From Gnetum montanum (taxonomy: Eukaryota > Plantae > Gnetophyta), in assembly GCA_015680685.1 (NCBI GenBank), contig MNCI01000668.1:1296715-1360714 (forward strand): DNA of 64,000 nt. Direction: 5' to 3'. Shown here piece after piece: positions 40,648 to 54,566 of the stretch. Below the pieces are notes generated by a model that saw nothing but the letters and a program-made list of their open reading frames with translations, had not been told where the DNA came from and did no database searches. Position 1 is the first letter of the stretch. The number at the start of each line of letters is the position of its first letter. Position numbers and translations under genes: made by a program.

Positions 40648-41400
40648 CCTAAGGTTTGTTTCCATACATCCTTTCAACATTTACTCTAGATCATCCAAGG
40701 CTTTCTCAAATGTAGCCCCATAGGTGGAAAAGTTAACCATGAAGAGCTCCACCCCACTACTGATTTATTGCTTGAAGATACTAAGAACCAAGCATTGGAA
40801 TGTAGCGAGAACATTAGACAAGCCCAAGTGCATCTTTCAATATGCAAAAGTCCCCCACGGACTTGTGAATGTCATTTTGACTTGATCCTCTAGTGAAATC
40901 TAAATTTGGTTATATCCACTATAACCATCTAGAAAGCTATAGTNATAAATTTGGTTATATCCACTATAACCATCTAGAAAGCTATAGTAGTAATGCCTTG
41001 CTATTATGTCCAACACTTGGTCAACAAATGGCAACAGAAAGTGATCCTTGTAAGTTACCATGTTCAATAACTTGAAATTAATACAGACCCTCCACTTGCC
41101 TCCTTTCTTTGGCACTATAACAAGTGGACTAACCCACTCGCTATCCACAATGGGATAAATGAACCCTGCAGAGTTTCTCAATGTTATCTTTGATAATTTG
41201 TTTGAATTTCAAATTCAATCTCTTATGTAGCTACCTCTTTGGTTTAGTGAAGGAGTCTATATAGGTCCTATGTTGGCATATCCTAGGATCAATTCCAGTG
41301 AGTTTAGGATATCACCAAGTAAAGGTTTTTGGCCATTGGTTAACAACTTTCACCAAGTTCTTTTTCTATAAATAGCTTACCATTAGTTAGAAAGGCATAT
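40648..41400 (-). pseudogene. N-terminal part of RT of element B
   Basis: GFIYPIVDSEWVSPLVIVPKKGGKWRVCINFK..KDHFLLPFVDQVL..YSFLDGYSGYNQI; FMVNFSTY (decayed FMDD); stops abruptly after CMETNL. Confidence 0.9.
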
Positions 41401-41623
41401 TCCATCCCAACTAGTAAAGCTTTCAATTTAAGGGGCCCCTACTTGAATTTCTCAAGGATCTCCAACTCCCCCTAATTAACTTCACCTTATTCTTTGGAGA
41501 GTTGATTATGGATCTACTCCATTTGGTCCATGCCATCTACATAAAAGCTTGTGAGGCTCTTAGTTAGTTTCATGCACATGGTTGTGTTGACCCTATTTCA
41601 GCTATTAGGCACTACGTGTTCTC

Positions 41624-42210
41624 CTATTTTGTGACTACTATATACAAACAAGTATAAATTTCTATGATTTTTGCACAATACCTACATGCTTTAAGTGTTG
41701 TGCTTTGTACAGTCCATAATTTCTGCACGTAGTGGCACCCTGTGTCACTATACACAATGCATGGAATGTGCTTCTTCTCAATCTTTCTAAATTCATTCTT
41801 CTTGGAAATCTCCAAGGAAAGATCTCGTATCCCCAACCATGCACCAATGGTACTTAGCCATGTTTTTCCCATAATGATAGAAAAGTCCCCTTTGCAATTA
41901 TCAACATGAATAATCAGGAAGTCAACAAGATAGAACCATTCACAAATAGTGGTCACAATGTCCTCCACCAATCCCAAGGGAATAATGATGGACTAATCTA
42001 CCAATTCTAAGCAAATGTTGCTCTTTTTGAGTGGAATCAGGTTCCAAGCTTTGTACATATCCTATGATATCAAGTTTACTCTAGAACCTGAGTCCAACAA
42101 AGTCTTGATGGATTCATTTCTTACTATCTGTAGATAGATGAGGGGACTCCTAGGATCAAATCTCTTCTTGGAAAGGTGTTCAGCCTTTATCCAATCAATG
42201 ACCTTATAAA
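41624..42210 (-). pseudogene. Aspartic protease of element B
   Basis: TLLDSGSRVNLI...GLVEDIVTT...VDFLII...IIMGKTWL; homologous to A. Confidence 0.9.
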
Positions 42211-42399
42211 TCAACATTACGATGTGTAACTTGGGAGCGTTTTGGTTTAAAAGGTCCTTGAGAGATATTTCAAAGGATGTAGGAGAAGCAAGATTAGTAT
42301 CCATAGGTGTCCATGAAGGCTTTGTTGGGCTATTGGTTCTAAAGAAAGGTCCTTTTTTAGGCTTAGTTTCAAAACCACTTGGTTGAGGAACTAGCTATA

Positions 42400-44760
42400 A
42401 GTTTATAGCTCCTATGACTTTTCTTTATTATGGTTGGGCTAGTATTTCTCCCTGCATAGATGGAGAAATGGGAAGAGGAGTTGTAGGTTGAGGTGTAGGA
42501 GTGGAATGATGAGCAGGATAATAAGAAAATTGGGACTCCACTTTTGAAGATGGTGCTTTGTAATACTTAGGAGGGTAGAAGTGGTGTTGGAAGGAAGCAT
42601 GACTGGAAGAGTCATGTGGAGAGATAGGTTGCTAAATGTAGTACCCATAAGGATCTAGCAATTAGTAAGGATACTACTGCCTTTGAGGTAGCATCTCCCA
42701 CAACTATGGGTGTTGCCACTACTAATGTTACTCATGAGGTTGAGGTGTCACTCCACTTAGATAATAGGCTTGTTGGTAAAATTGTCAATAGTTTCCTTGG
42801 GAACAAGGAAACCTCCTCGGTTGGTTGTTGTTTGGCCTATATAGGATTCAATACAAATACCCTGAATTCCTACAAGTGTGACATGATTAGGCAACATTCC
42901 TTAGGACGTTCATATTAATAAATGTTACACCCAACATCATCTGTTTTAGAATCTGCAACTTCTTCTACTACAAAAACTTTGCCCTTATCCTTATGTGGCC
43001 ATGTTTAGCTTCCTTTTTCTTCCTTCTGCCATGTTAACTACCTTCTTGGTCTCTATTCTCCTCAACAATTCTTCTAAGGAGTCCCACATTTTATCAACCT
43101 TGGCTGATATTTCATATATAAATTTTTGTATCAGCAAGGTTTTTTGTCGCACCACTTCATCCAATGGTGCCTCCTCCTCATTTCCACAATAACAGACTTC
43201 CCTTTTTTGGAGAGAAGGATCCTTGTTGTACTCCTCTTCACTTTTTCTCTTTCTCTGCACACCTTCTTCCTTAGCTACCTAATCAATAAGCCTTTGGATC
43301 TGATGGACCCTTAGCTTTGAAAGCTTTTCTTGGGCATAGACCCTAAGAGTTCTCCTCATTTCTATTTGAAGCCCATCTATGATATGGCATAGCTGATTCC
43401 TTTGAGAATAACCATGGCTTTGACATCAATGAAATAGAGAGTAGTACCTACCCATGGCTGCATCCAAGGATTCATAAGTTTCCTATTTCCATCCTTGGAT
43501 TTGCCTTCTCAAGTTGGACACTCAAGAGTACATCTGATACTTGTCATTAAAAAATTCAAGCATGGTACTATACCTTTGAATTAATTCTGCTTCCAAGGAC
43601 TGGTACCAACTCTCATCTTCTTTGATGAGTATCTTGGAAAACAACTTTAATTTTTTCCATTCATTTACCATGTTCTATAAGGCAAAAACATCCTGAAATG
43701 CTTGCAAGTGATTTTACAGATCTAAATTATAGCCCCTTTCCAACTTAGAGATATTATTCATGTCCAACCATTTGATTTGACTATCTTTCATGTGCCTTGT
43801 TAGGATCCTAATAGCCTCTACAATGTTGAACATGTTTCTTGTTGTCAACAAGGGCTCATCATAGTCATAACAATCGCAGTGACTCCTTTCAAGGCCATGA
43901 TGCCTATGATGATCCATATTGTCCCTCCTTTCTCTATTCCAATCATCTTCCCACTGCTCATGTCTATGATCTCTATCATTACTGCAGGATTGAAGATCAT
44001 CCTAATCTCATCATTCAGCTTCATCATGGTCCCTGTTGCCTCTGCAGCATCGATTGGAGCTGGAAGAGGAAGATGATGGGAATGAAGAAGATAAAGAGGA
44101 AGGGGAGCCAACACCAATGTGGTGTCTACTGCTTCCTCTTCTCTTGTCCCTACCATGATCACAATGTTTTCCCTTACCTTAATGCTTATCCTCATTCCTA
44201 CCGTGGCTACCCTCTTTTGAGGCTCTTTGATCATGGGATCCGTTATTCCCAAAATCAAGTTTGGTTACAGTTGATTATATTCACTGGTTAAGGGCCTCCT
44301 TATCGAAAACATGAGGAGAATTAATATATTGAGAGCTCCCTAAAAAGAAGTCCTTCCCTTCTTTATGTCTTTGTAGGAATAAGTGCGTAGGCCACTTTTT
44401 GTCTTTTGTGACCTCATATTGGCCTCCATTTGCCGATCTTTCTTTTTTTATACCTTTGTGGGATGATAGTCCCAATAGGTATGAGCTTGCACTTTATACT
44501 TAGAATTAAATCTTGAAATTCCCTATCTAAAGACATTGTTCAACAGCATTGCAGGAATAGATTAATCAGGAGGCAACATGATGTTGCCTTCCAGGTCCCT
44601 CCACTGCAACTGCTCATCCTGATGTAGGATGTAGGTGAAGCCTGGAGTATACTCATCTGGATTGGGGCACTAACATCTTGTGGCCTTCTTATTTTTGTTG
44701 ATTGGATTCACTTATGAATGGTGGTGGAGAGTCTCCCCTATGAGAAGAAGCCATGTTAGT
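42400..44760 (-). pseudogene. gag of element B
   Basis: Colinear with the A gag (EAIRI..RH.KD..IK..DMNNI; DPSLQKREV; SAKVDKMWDSL). Confidence 0.85.
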
Positions 44761-44883
44761 AATTGAAAAAAATAATGTGCATATGTTATTAATACTTGTC
44801 TTCTCATTTTGACTTTAGGATCCATTACAACGTCACTGAATGATTTCACTAACTTCCTAGGTAGCACACGTAGCTAACTACAG

Positions 44884-44901
44884 TCCCTAACAACAACACT
44901 A
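44884..44901 (-). promoter_or_regulatory. Decayed tRNA-Asp PBS of element B
   Basis: Minus strand TAGTGTTGTTGTTAGGGA next to the LTR end. Confidence 0.6.
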
Positions 44902-44902
44902 A

Positions 44903-45706
44903 TGATGAGTAGTGAATATACCCTATGCCCAACCATACAAATTATAAGCGTTCATGCACCACCCAGTCATATTTCACAAACTTTAGTTGTCTAAATGCAC
45001 AGTATCTAGGATAGTGAATCTAGGGATGCAATCGTTGTCTTCTTAGTACCACTTGTATAAGTCCAAGTGTATGGTTAGGTGTAACCTAGGCATATGATTT
45101 GTATGATTTTATGTTTTCATCTATTTTTGCCTAGTGTAAAATAAAGTAATTAAGTATTAATTAATCTAGTAAACTATCTAGTATCTTAAACTAGTTCCTA
45201 ACACAACCATCTAATCCCACATGTTGTACACATATTGAACGTGTTATAACACCACTAGGTTCCCAGGTGCTATCACTACTAGGATTACCAAGTGTTAACG
45301 TTATATTCGAGGTGGTCGTACTTATGTGTATTATTTAATCTTATTTAATTAACTAAGGACATAAAATTAAATTTCATGAATAATAAAGTGCACTAAAGTA
45401 AACATTAAGCTATTGCCAAATGCTGCAAGGTATTTTGAAGAAGGTTTTCTTTATTGCCGTCACACTGAAGTGTCTAGTTACATCAATACTTGAATAAGGA
45501 TCCATACACTTCTTGACCTATTGCAGGCACTTAGAAAATATTCTAACTTTCATGGAAACAAACTACAAAAATTTCCCTAGCTATTAACTTAATGATGCCA
45601 CAAATGTAGTCGGTGTGTGCATTTATATAGGCAAACACAAACATCATAATGACAGGGATGTGTCAATGCATGCCCGTTGATGCAACCCACCAATGATGTT
45701 TCATCA
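44903..45706 (-). repeat. 5' LTR of element B
   Basis: TGATGAG...TCATCA; TATA at ~45621-45629. Confidence 0.9.
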
Positions 45707-46489
45707 TTACATCAAGGGATGAAACTAAAGCTAAAACTATAAATAAATAAAATATGGAAAAATATGCTAAAACTAAAATTAAACGTATAAATGTTGTAGG
45801 GGATTGGGAATTACAAAAATGTATCCAACAAAAATACATGAATATTAAATGAAACACTAGAAAAAAATGAAATAGTACATGTATTCCCTTTAGCTAAAAA
45901 TTATCTCACATGGGAGTGAAAATATAAATAGTGCAAAAATAGAAATTTCTAGCAACAACAATGAGTTCATGAACCAACAAGTCTAATATATTCAATACAT
46001 GATGAAAAATTATATACATCCTAAGCCCACATGAAAAATCATTTCAAAATAATAGTAAAGCATTTCAAATTAAAATAGCACGGGCAATTATACAAAAGGG
46101 CCATCAATAATATCACCATAATGAATAAGTCCATATCAAAATACTCATCCAGCCACCTATAAGAATATGACATATAGTAGTAAATAAAAGGTTCAAAAAT
46201 CACAATCATCTTGCATCTTTGAATCACATGAAAATACATTAATTCATTATATCAGATAAGTCATCTATATAAGCAATTTTCTAAAATAACTCTGTAATTA
46301 TGAAAACAAAAACTCAAAAAATATTTTTCCTTCACATTAAATATGAAAAATAAAATATAATATAATTATTTAAAAATAGAAACACTACCTCTATGTCAAA
46401 TATAACAAAAATGAATGATTAAATCCTATTTAAAAATTCTATAAATAAATGAAAATTATAGAAATGCATTAAACATAAACATCATTATG

Positions 46490-46726
46490 TAAAAGCAAAC
46501 ATTCCTTTGTGCTAATAACTTGTAAGACTAAATTTATAGGAAATACATGAGAATGCCCTCTACTTGACTTTCAAAACTGATTGCAAAAACCTCTACATGC
46601 ATAAAGTTTGTTGCTACAGAACCCTTATTAAATATAAAACACTTGCATCCTTACTTATGAATTAAAACAAGGGAAGAAAATAATAAAATGGTGAGGATCT
46701 AAATTCAAGTTAAAGGAAAAACTAGA
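46490..46726. repeat. Dispersed copy homologous to 11565-11800 (LTR fragment)
   Basis: Shared anchors AAACATTC.TTTGTG, CATGA.AATGC, TTGCAAAA, AATTAAAAC, AGGATCTAAA, CAAGT.AAAGGAAA in the same order and spacing. Confidence 0.65.
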
Positions 46727-49700
46727 TGTCATGTTTCCATTCCCAAATATTTTCATTCTATAACTAGGATGTTTTCATTATGTAGTTAAGTGATATAATT
46801 AATGTAATAAGACATTAAATGAAATGACATGTTATAATAGTGAGCATGTCTTTTGAGATAATATTTGGAAATTTGATCTATGGTTTTTATACCTAATAAT
46901 TAAAGATCATTCCAACATGGAGATGTAGAATAGGTAAAGAAAAATAATAAGTACTAGGTAAAGTAGGACAAGAAGCTAACCACCCATTCCTTCTAGTCAG
47001 GCCTAAGTGTAGCCATAGTGACAATGCTATATTATCTCTAGGGATAGATTACAAAGAAATATAACATCAAGAAACCCTTAGAGCATAACCTAAATATACT
47101 CATTTTTTCCACATTTCCTTATTAATAAAACTCTTTTTAATTTTCCTTTACATTTTTTCTATCATGTGTAGTATACATAATGTTGAATATAACGTATGTT
47201 TTACATTTTCCATGACATCCTAGAATAGATGTCATACTTGTTATTGAATCAAATAATTACCTAATGTAAATCAAAATCAAGGGACAACTACAATTCAATG
47301 ATGAACCACAAGCCATGATCTAGAGTAAACCATGAAACATCATTGGAAGTGCATCATGTTCAAGATGATTCATGTCCTTGAAGTGAGTTACAATCTAGGG
47401 TAAATCATAACATATAAAGATTTCTTTCTAGTATATCAACTTTTGCAGATATCAATAACCTAATCTTAATAAGATCAAATGAATAATGAACTAACAAGGT
47501 CCATCAATCACATCAGATTTTGATAAAACAAGGGTAATATATACCCAAGTATCTCTTATTGATTTCTTAATAGTGATAAATATTCCCCTAGTTATCTAAG
47601 GATTCAAATAATTAGATCCCAATTTAAGGAAGCAACTTAGATAATCGTTAGCATTCTCCTCATAAGGTTGGAGACCCTTCTTTTTTGAGTCATAGAAGTA
47701 ACCCTCCTCCAAATTCTTAAAGGACCTTATCTTATTATTAAGTCCTATCTTTCCTAAAATATCTAAACCTCAAATATTAGCAAACCTATTATTCCATACC
47801 TATCTAGGCTCCTGTTACTAATGAAGTTATATGAATCAATTTTAAAACCTAGTTGAGATAACACAAGGAATTCAAGTTAAGCTTATATTTCCTTTACTTA
47901 ACTAATAAGTGTCATTAGCAATCAAGTTGTAGGAAAACTAAGATTCTTTAAATAATAACGATGTTTCTTTCCCTCCTAATCTTCTTTCTAAGATCTAATG
48001 AATTAAGCTTGATAATCCTTGGCACCTTACTTTCTTTATGTTATAGTTATGATTTGGAAAATATGCTAATATCATACTATGAGCAAGTGAACTATGAAAA
48101 TATAATAAATATTTATAGGAAACATCATCCTAATAAATTATGATTAAGATTAGGTCACTTATATAACTAAGTTTCATTCATAAGTCATCTTATTAAAGCT
48201 AATTTGGAAAAAAGAAAAATTTAGTTCTTCTAAAATCATATAAATTAAACTTAGTATTCATATATAAAATCATGTTCAATGTGTAGTACTTCTCGAAATA
48301 ATTTCAATGGTACTATTTTCATCTTAATTGAACTTATGGTTAAGGATATTATTAGAATATACTCTCAAGTCAAGATGCAATCATTAACTTCTTAACATAA
48401 GTCATCAAAGGTTACAAAAGGTTGTAACAAGTTATCAAAATTTATAATCCTTTAAGAAGTATAAAAGAACCCAAGAAAATAAAAACTAAAAAGGACCTTG
48501 GAATTCCTAAATTTTTGTAGAAGAGCCAGCGAATCCCCATGAAAGTTCTTGAAATAGCTTTTGAAAGCCCCCTGAATCATGTGGCAAATTCCATTTCAAA
48601 ATAAAATATAGTATTCATAATCTAACGAATACTAACTTAAAGTATTTTATTATATTCAAAATAGGAAAAATCTAAAGTTTGTAATTTAATTTTTTTTTTT
48701 TTGAATAATACTCACTACTAAAATTTGACATATAAAGACATGATTTTGACAAAATGCTAAATCTATTCATCAAGTAGGCAGTACAATCTACATGGTTATG
48801 TATTACAAAATGTATATTAATTAGATTGGCTTTGGATGATCTTATATTACAATATAATAGTACATCTAAAAATACATCCACATGGTACTTACTATCTTGG
48901 TTACAAAAGGATTAAAATTTATAAAAATACATGGTTTATCTATTGTCCCAAATTTGGATTTTTACATCTTTATGCATGATGGTATGATATTTATCCATTT
49001 TGATAAATTTGGATTTTTTGCAAAATGATAAATGTTATGATAATGATTACCACAACAATAGCTACACATACTACTATATCCATTTCTTAATGAAACTCGT
49101 CATTATTCAAATGGATGGCATTATTGGAAGCTTGCTTTAAAACTTGTTTGTCATTGCTACATTCTCCAAGATAGCAGGCATCACATCCTCTAACATCATA
49201 GGCACTACATGTGATAGGGTAGTAGGTGGCATGTGGTCTTGTATCTCCTTGTAGATACAAGGGGATTTTTCATATCAATGTAGAATTTTTTTCTCCTTTG
49301 TTAATGTGGTGTTTATTCTCCTTTGTAAATGCCAAGCTTGTTCTATAATTCAAGGCAACACTTGTACTTTAATTCAATATAGTATCTATTTTTCTTTAAT
49401 TACATTTTCTATTGCTTAATTCAATGTGATACATGTTCTTCTTGGGAATGGAACACATACTCTTCTTGCTAATGCATCATCTATTCAATCAGTCTAGCAC
49501 ATGTCTTGTCTATGCTACACTAATTATATCCTTCCAACTTTTAAAGGCCTTCACCAAATTGTCACAATAATGGTAAATTTTTTACCTTTATTTATGTACC
49601 ATATCATTAGTGAGTGAAAAAAAAACTCATTTCTAAAAAAATATTCAAAATATTAAATTATCCTAAGAACCTCATGACATGTTAAGTTTATGAATCCCTA

Positions 49701-50691
49701 GCAAACCTACACCTAAGAATCTCATGACATATTAAAACATAAGCGAGTGGATCAAATTTCTATAACTATATAAGACCTAACCATGAATCCATCAATACCT
49801 ATATAATAGCCTTTTGATGAAATTTTGCCTCTATTTTTTTCCCCCTTGAAGCCAAGTTCACACTTTGTGAGAATGACTGAAGAGAACATAAGAAATTGAA
49901 CAAAAGATATAACATCAAGTAAATTCATAAGAAGAAGAAATGACATTGGAATAATAGTCAAGAAAGTATTTGTAAGTCAAAAGGTTAGGAAGGTAGTAAT
50001 TCATAAAAGTATAAATAAAAAATGCTTCAAGTTGTACTCATGAGAAGGAGCAAAAGATAAAGGAAGAACTCATACCTTATCAAATGATCACTGAGGAAGA
50101 AATAAGTAAGAGACGTTGAAGTTCCATATATTCCTAGCAACCAAAGATAGACTAGTACATCACAAACCTAAGAAATTCAACATAATGAGTTGAATTAAGG
50201 TGTCACAATAAGAAGCAACTATGAAGGCTACATAAGGAAGGAGACAAACTATGGTGAGATAGTAGTTCATCGATTGTCATAAAGTAGTTGATCCAATTTA
50301 GTGATGGATACTTGATGCAGTCCACTAAGGATATTAATTTACTGATAAGCATCATAAGTGTGTCATGATTTCATGATGCAAAATCAAGATGCATTATGAA
50401 AAGAAGATGCACTATAAGAGGAGGAGCAACACTACTAAAACACAAGAATTACTTATAAACTTTGCATAGCTAAACCTAGAATAATAGCAAGTCCAAAGAT
50501 GATGTTAAGATATCAAAGTTCTAACTTTCTTTCTTGAAAATATGCTAAAATGAAATTGAAAATTTTAAAAATTTAATTTTGGTCATTGGTAGCTCAAATG
50601 CATGACCTTACATTTACAATGCCAAACTCTTAAGTCTCTTTATGTTAACCACATTACCTTACAACTCAATTGTATATCAGTATAAAACATT

Positions 50692-50723
50692 TATATATAT
50701 ATATATATACACACACATACACA
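50692..50723. repeat. (TA)n(CA)n microsatellite
   Basis: Directly visible. Confidence 0.8.
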
Positions 50724-53007
50724 AAAATTAAAAATAAAATTTCAAAAAGAATTAATGCTACCACCATGTGGTAGACCCAAGCCTAGCCACACAATAACAT
50801 GGTAGGATCACACTGTAATAGTAGCACATAGCCATATGCTCATGTGACAAAGTTATGCCCAAGGTAAGTACCAAGATAAAATAAAACCCTTTATCATTTC
50901 ATGGTAAGCATTTCAAGAACCAAACCCTTGGCTTTCTTGTATGTCTCTCCAATGTGAAACAAAATACCTAAGCTTTTTTTTTCCCCTAACCTCCTCCCCA
51001 ATGTGTATAAAACCCTTGTTCATAACCCACAAAAATAATACTACCACTATGCCTTCCCTGATGATGCATGCACATCATCATATCTTTCAATATGCATGCT
51101 ACCATTATTCCTACTATTTTCTATTAATATCATAAGTTTGTACTATCCTAACATTAGTAGATGCCATAGGTCCATACCAACCTACTGTCAATAAAGACTA
51201 CTACTCTCCATTATCCAAGGAGCAAGAAAATTCTATTTTTTAATAAAATTATTATGATAATAGAATTTAAAGATTAGTTGTTCAGAAAATATGTATAACT
51301 TAGCTTATAGATTGAGTGACAACTACTTGACTAAAAACTTCATTATTAAGCATGTTTTGGAGTCGTACTAGGAGTCCCAAAATTCATGCATTATCTTTTA
51401 ACATCAAACAACCATAACTTTTGAATTTGAAATTCTTTTTGAATGAAAAAAAAACTGTTTATAACATATGTTAACTTTCTAGATGTGATGGTGAAGTTGC
51501 ATTTGGCATACATGATCCTAAAAATTAGTTTTTAAACCTCTCGCTTAAACTAGGCCTTACATGGCTTGAGAAATCAAATTAGCATATCCTGCACACTTGA
51601 TGTATGTTTTAAATAAATAAATAGTCATTTCTAACTTTTTTTGCCCTTCTAGATCCAATGGTGATGTCAAACTAAATACATAGAAACTTGATAATTAGGT
51701 TATCGTTTAAATCATGCCTTGATAAGCTTATAGCTTCATTTATTTGATCTTCTATTATTTTTGGATCATAGGATTTGGTAACTCGATCTTTCTGCCTATA
51801 TTAAAATTCATCCATAACCCATAAAGATAAACATGGTTTAATGATCCTTAGTTTATAATTAGTTACACTACTAGAGTTATTATTCTAAAACAGGTAGAAA
51901 AGTCATTCAGACTCTAGGAAGTAAAGCCAAATCATACCTAAGGAACCAAGTAGTTGAATGATTAGTTGGAAAATTGATAATGCAAGGAATACTTATACCA
52001 ATCAAATAAGTACTAAGACATATTTAGTAGAGATTAGCCATCATGAATAATTATAATCTTATCCCAACAAGGTTTATGGTATTTGTAAGGAAGAATGAGT
52101 CAAGAAATAACTCAGGAATAAGTATGAAGATCACAACACTTAATGTGCTTGTAAAGATCCTAGCTAATAAAATACAACACCATTGACATAAATATTGATA
52201 TCCACTTATCCTTGTAGAATTTTAAAACTTGAATGTCAATGTTCTTTATTTATAAAGAAGCCATGTTCAAGTTAATATAAAGGAAGATATTTATATTAAG
52301 GGAATCTTGAAGACCTTTTAGGAGTCGAAGTTTAAGAAGATGCAATCATCAATTTATGATACCATCCCATTCACCAATGCATACTCTACCCAAATCAAAT
52401 CATCTATAGACAAGTCAAATCTCTAAATCCAAAAGCAAATGATGCTCATGGATACTAATCATCAAGAGTCTTACTTCACTAATTATGCTACAATGAGGAT
52501 CGAAGATAGTTCAGCATTCTTCTCCATCAAGATTTTAGATTATATTTTCTATGATATCCAATTTTTCCAAGTTACCAAGCTACTAGAGTTAATTCTTAAG
52601 GAAGAAGTTAAAGTACAAGATCAAGTCTTATCATCCCAAATATGACCATTAGATCTAATTATCCTAATGGACAAACTATGACTACCTTCTTGATCCATAG
52701 AATTTTATGTAAATTTGAGAGTTTCTTAGCCCTTCTTACATTTCTTATTTTTTCCTTCTTTATTTTACATTTCAAAATTAGGTAAGTAAAATGGTCTCAC
52801 GTAATACATGTTGGGAATAAGGAATTTCCCTACCTTCACTTGGGTAATGTAACACCTCTATTCTAGAAATCTCTTTTCCAATTAGTATGTTCTTTGATTT
52901 AAACCTTTGATGTATTGCTTGCCTATCCTTTACTTAATTTACTATCTCCTATTTGGATATGCTTAGTGATGATGTATACTTTTGGGCTTATTTTCATAGT
53001 TAAGCTA

Positions 53008-53944
53008 TGTTGAACCTCCGATTACTCAAATTTTTAACTTGTTAAAGCTTAAATTTTTATTTTTTTTACTCTTTTACCTTATCAAAGATCATTAATTATT
53101 GTGATAACTATTGATAAGTACTAATTTCTTTATTAAGTATTTCTTATCATAGGTCATCATGAGATTAGTGGAAATCGATCCAAAACATATCAATCTTCAT
53201 AGTTGGTGTGACACAAATTGATAACATTGAATTATAGGAAAAACTACTACACCAAGGAATCAATATATCGATATGCATCTTTGGGGTGATCTAAATTGAC
53301 CATCAAAGAACACAAAGACCACAATACAGTTCGATAGTTTGTAACTAACTAGCATTGAATTCTCTAATGCAAATCAACTTCTCCAAATAATGACTTTCTC
53401 ATTTTGGTTAAGTCTTCTTCTATATAAATGAAGATTTCAAATGTTTAACAGGGGATTTTTGGCCAAATTCCAAAGAAAGCCATGACCAATTGAATCCTCT
53501 CTTGAGTTCTTGTATTGAAAGCTATTAAGGAAGATTGTTAAGACTTTGTGACAATTAACAACCATTTGATGTTTTATGAGGCTATAAATTTGCTGCATTG
53601 TAAAGACAACAGAGCATGGTCACATATTAGGTGACATATCATTTGTAATCTTTTGAAATTTATGTTAATTTTATATGTTTTCAATTTGGTTTAGTCATTT
53701 TTTCCATCTTTGAACTTAAGATTAGAAGTTATGGTGAGGACTTTGATTTTACTTATGAGTGAGAGTCATAAGTGTGGAGTTTCAATTGAATTTGGATCTA
53801 ATAATTTATTGCCTTAATGATATTTTTGACTTTGAACCATTCCTCCATAGATACAACTTGTAGGTTAGTCATAGATGAGGTGACATCTCTACAATGAAGA
53901 CAACAATGAAGGTAACTCAGCACAAAACTTTGGCTGGCACATTA
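53008..53944 (+). repeat. 5' LTR of element I
   Basis: TGTTGAACC...CATTA; aligns with 57282-58220; TATATAAAT at ~53421. Confidence 0.9.
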
Positions 53945-53947
53945 ATT

Positions 53948-53965
53948 TGGTGCCATTGCTAGGGA
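53948..53965 (+). promoter_or_regulatory. tRNA-Asp PBS of element I
   Basis: TGGTGCCATTGCTAGGGA; differs from consensus only at CpG positions. Confidence 0.8.
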
Positions 53966-54566
53966 GTCCAATAGAGCTAATCATCATCAAGGGTTCTATA
54001 TGTTTTTAGATTTATTTTATATATTTAGAACTTGTAAGAAGGTACACATTATTTTCATTTCCATTTTCCTTTGTTAAGTAGTTTTAGAAATGGTTTCTTT
54101 TAATTGTTTTTCTTATATGAAAAAAAATTTAAAAGAGAAAAAGTACAATCCAAATCCCAAGAATCAGCCGCCCTTAATTTCCCAAATTGAAGAAACTATT
54201 TAAAAATTTGCAATTGAGGTAGTAAATTCAAGGGTAATTAAATTAAATTTGTAAGGTCTTAGGACTGGTTTCCCATGAATGTGCTAAAGAGGAGTAGATT
54301 GTTAAATGAAATCAACAAAGTAACCTAAAACTCCAACATGAATTCAGCCTTCTATAAATACCACTAGTATTTATAAATTTACTTGAACCAATTTGAAACA
54401 AGACCAAGAGGAATAAAGACAACCTAGTCCTATCCCTTTAACCTCTATTGAGAAGCAACACCATAAGAAGGAGAGAGATTAAACAAAAATCCTTAAACAA
54501 AGGGAAAGGACACAATCTAAATTTTCTACATCTTTTATCCCTCTTTTTGATATCCCAACTATCACA

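Larger units (their letters stand above)
36568..45706 (-). mobile_element. Element B: Athila-like element with env-like ORF and deleted RT-end/RNase H/integrase
   Basis: Two ~805-bp diverged LTRs, PBS, PPT, gag, protease, partial RT and a long 3' ORF remnant. Flanks GAGGA / TTACA do not match. Confidence 0.9.

Noticed and set aside
40901-40988. Perfect 43-bp duplication in RT
   Set aside because: The copies flank a single N at 40944 and are identical in an otherwise old element, so this is a contig-overlap artefact.
43839-44291. Antisense or alternative-frame Met/Ile-rich ORFs (also 7710-8226, 21444-21654, 38832-39368)
   Set aside because: Shadows of low-complexity GAT/CAT-rich gag or env-like regions.
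51770-51790. TGGTAACTCGATC as a decayed tRNA-Met PBS
   Set aside because: The match is too weak and there is no clear LTR terminus or gag motif next to it.
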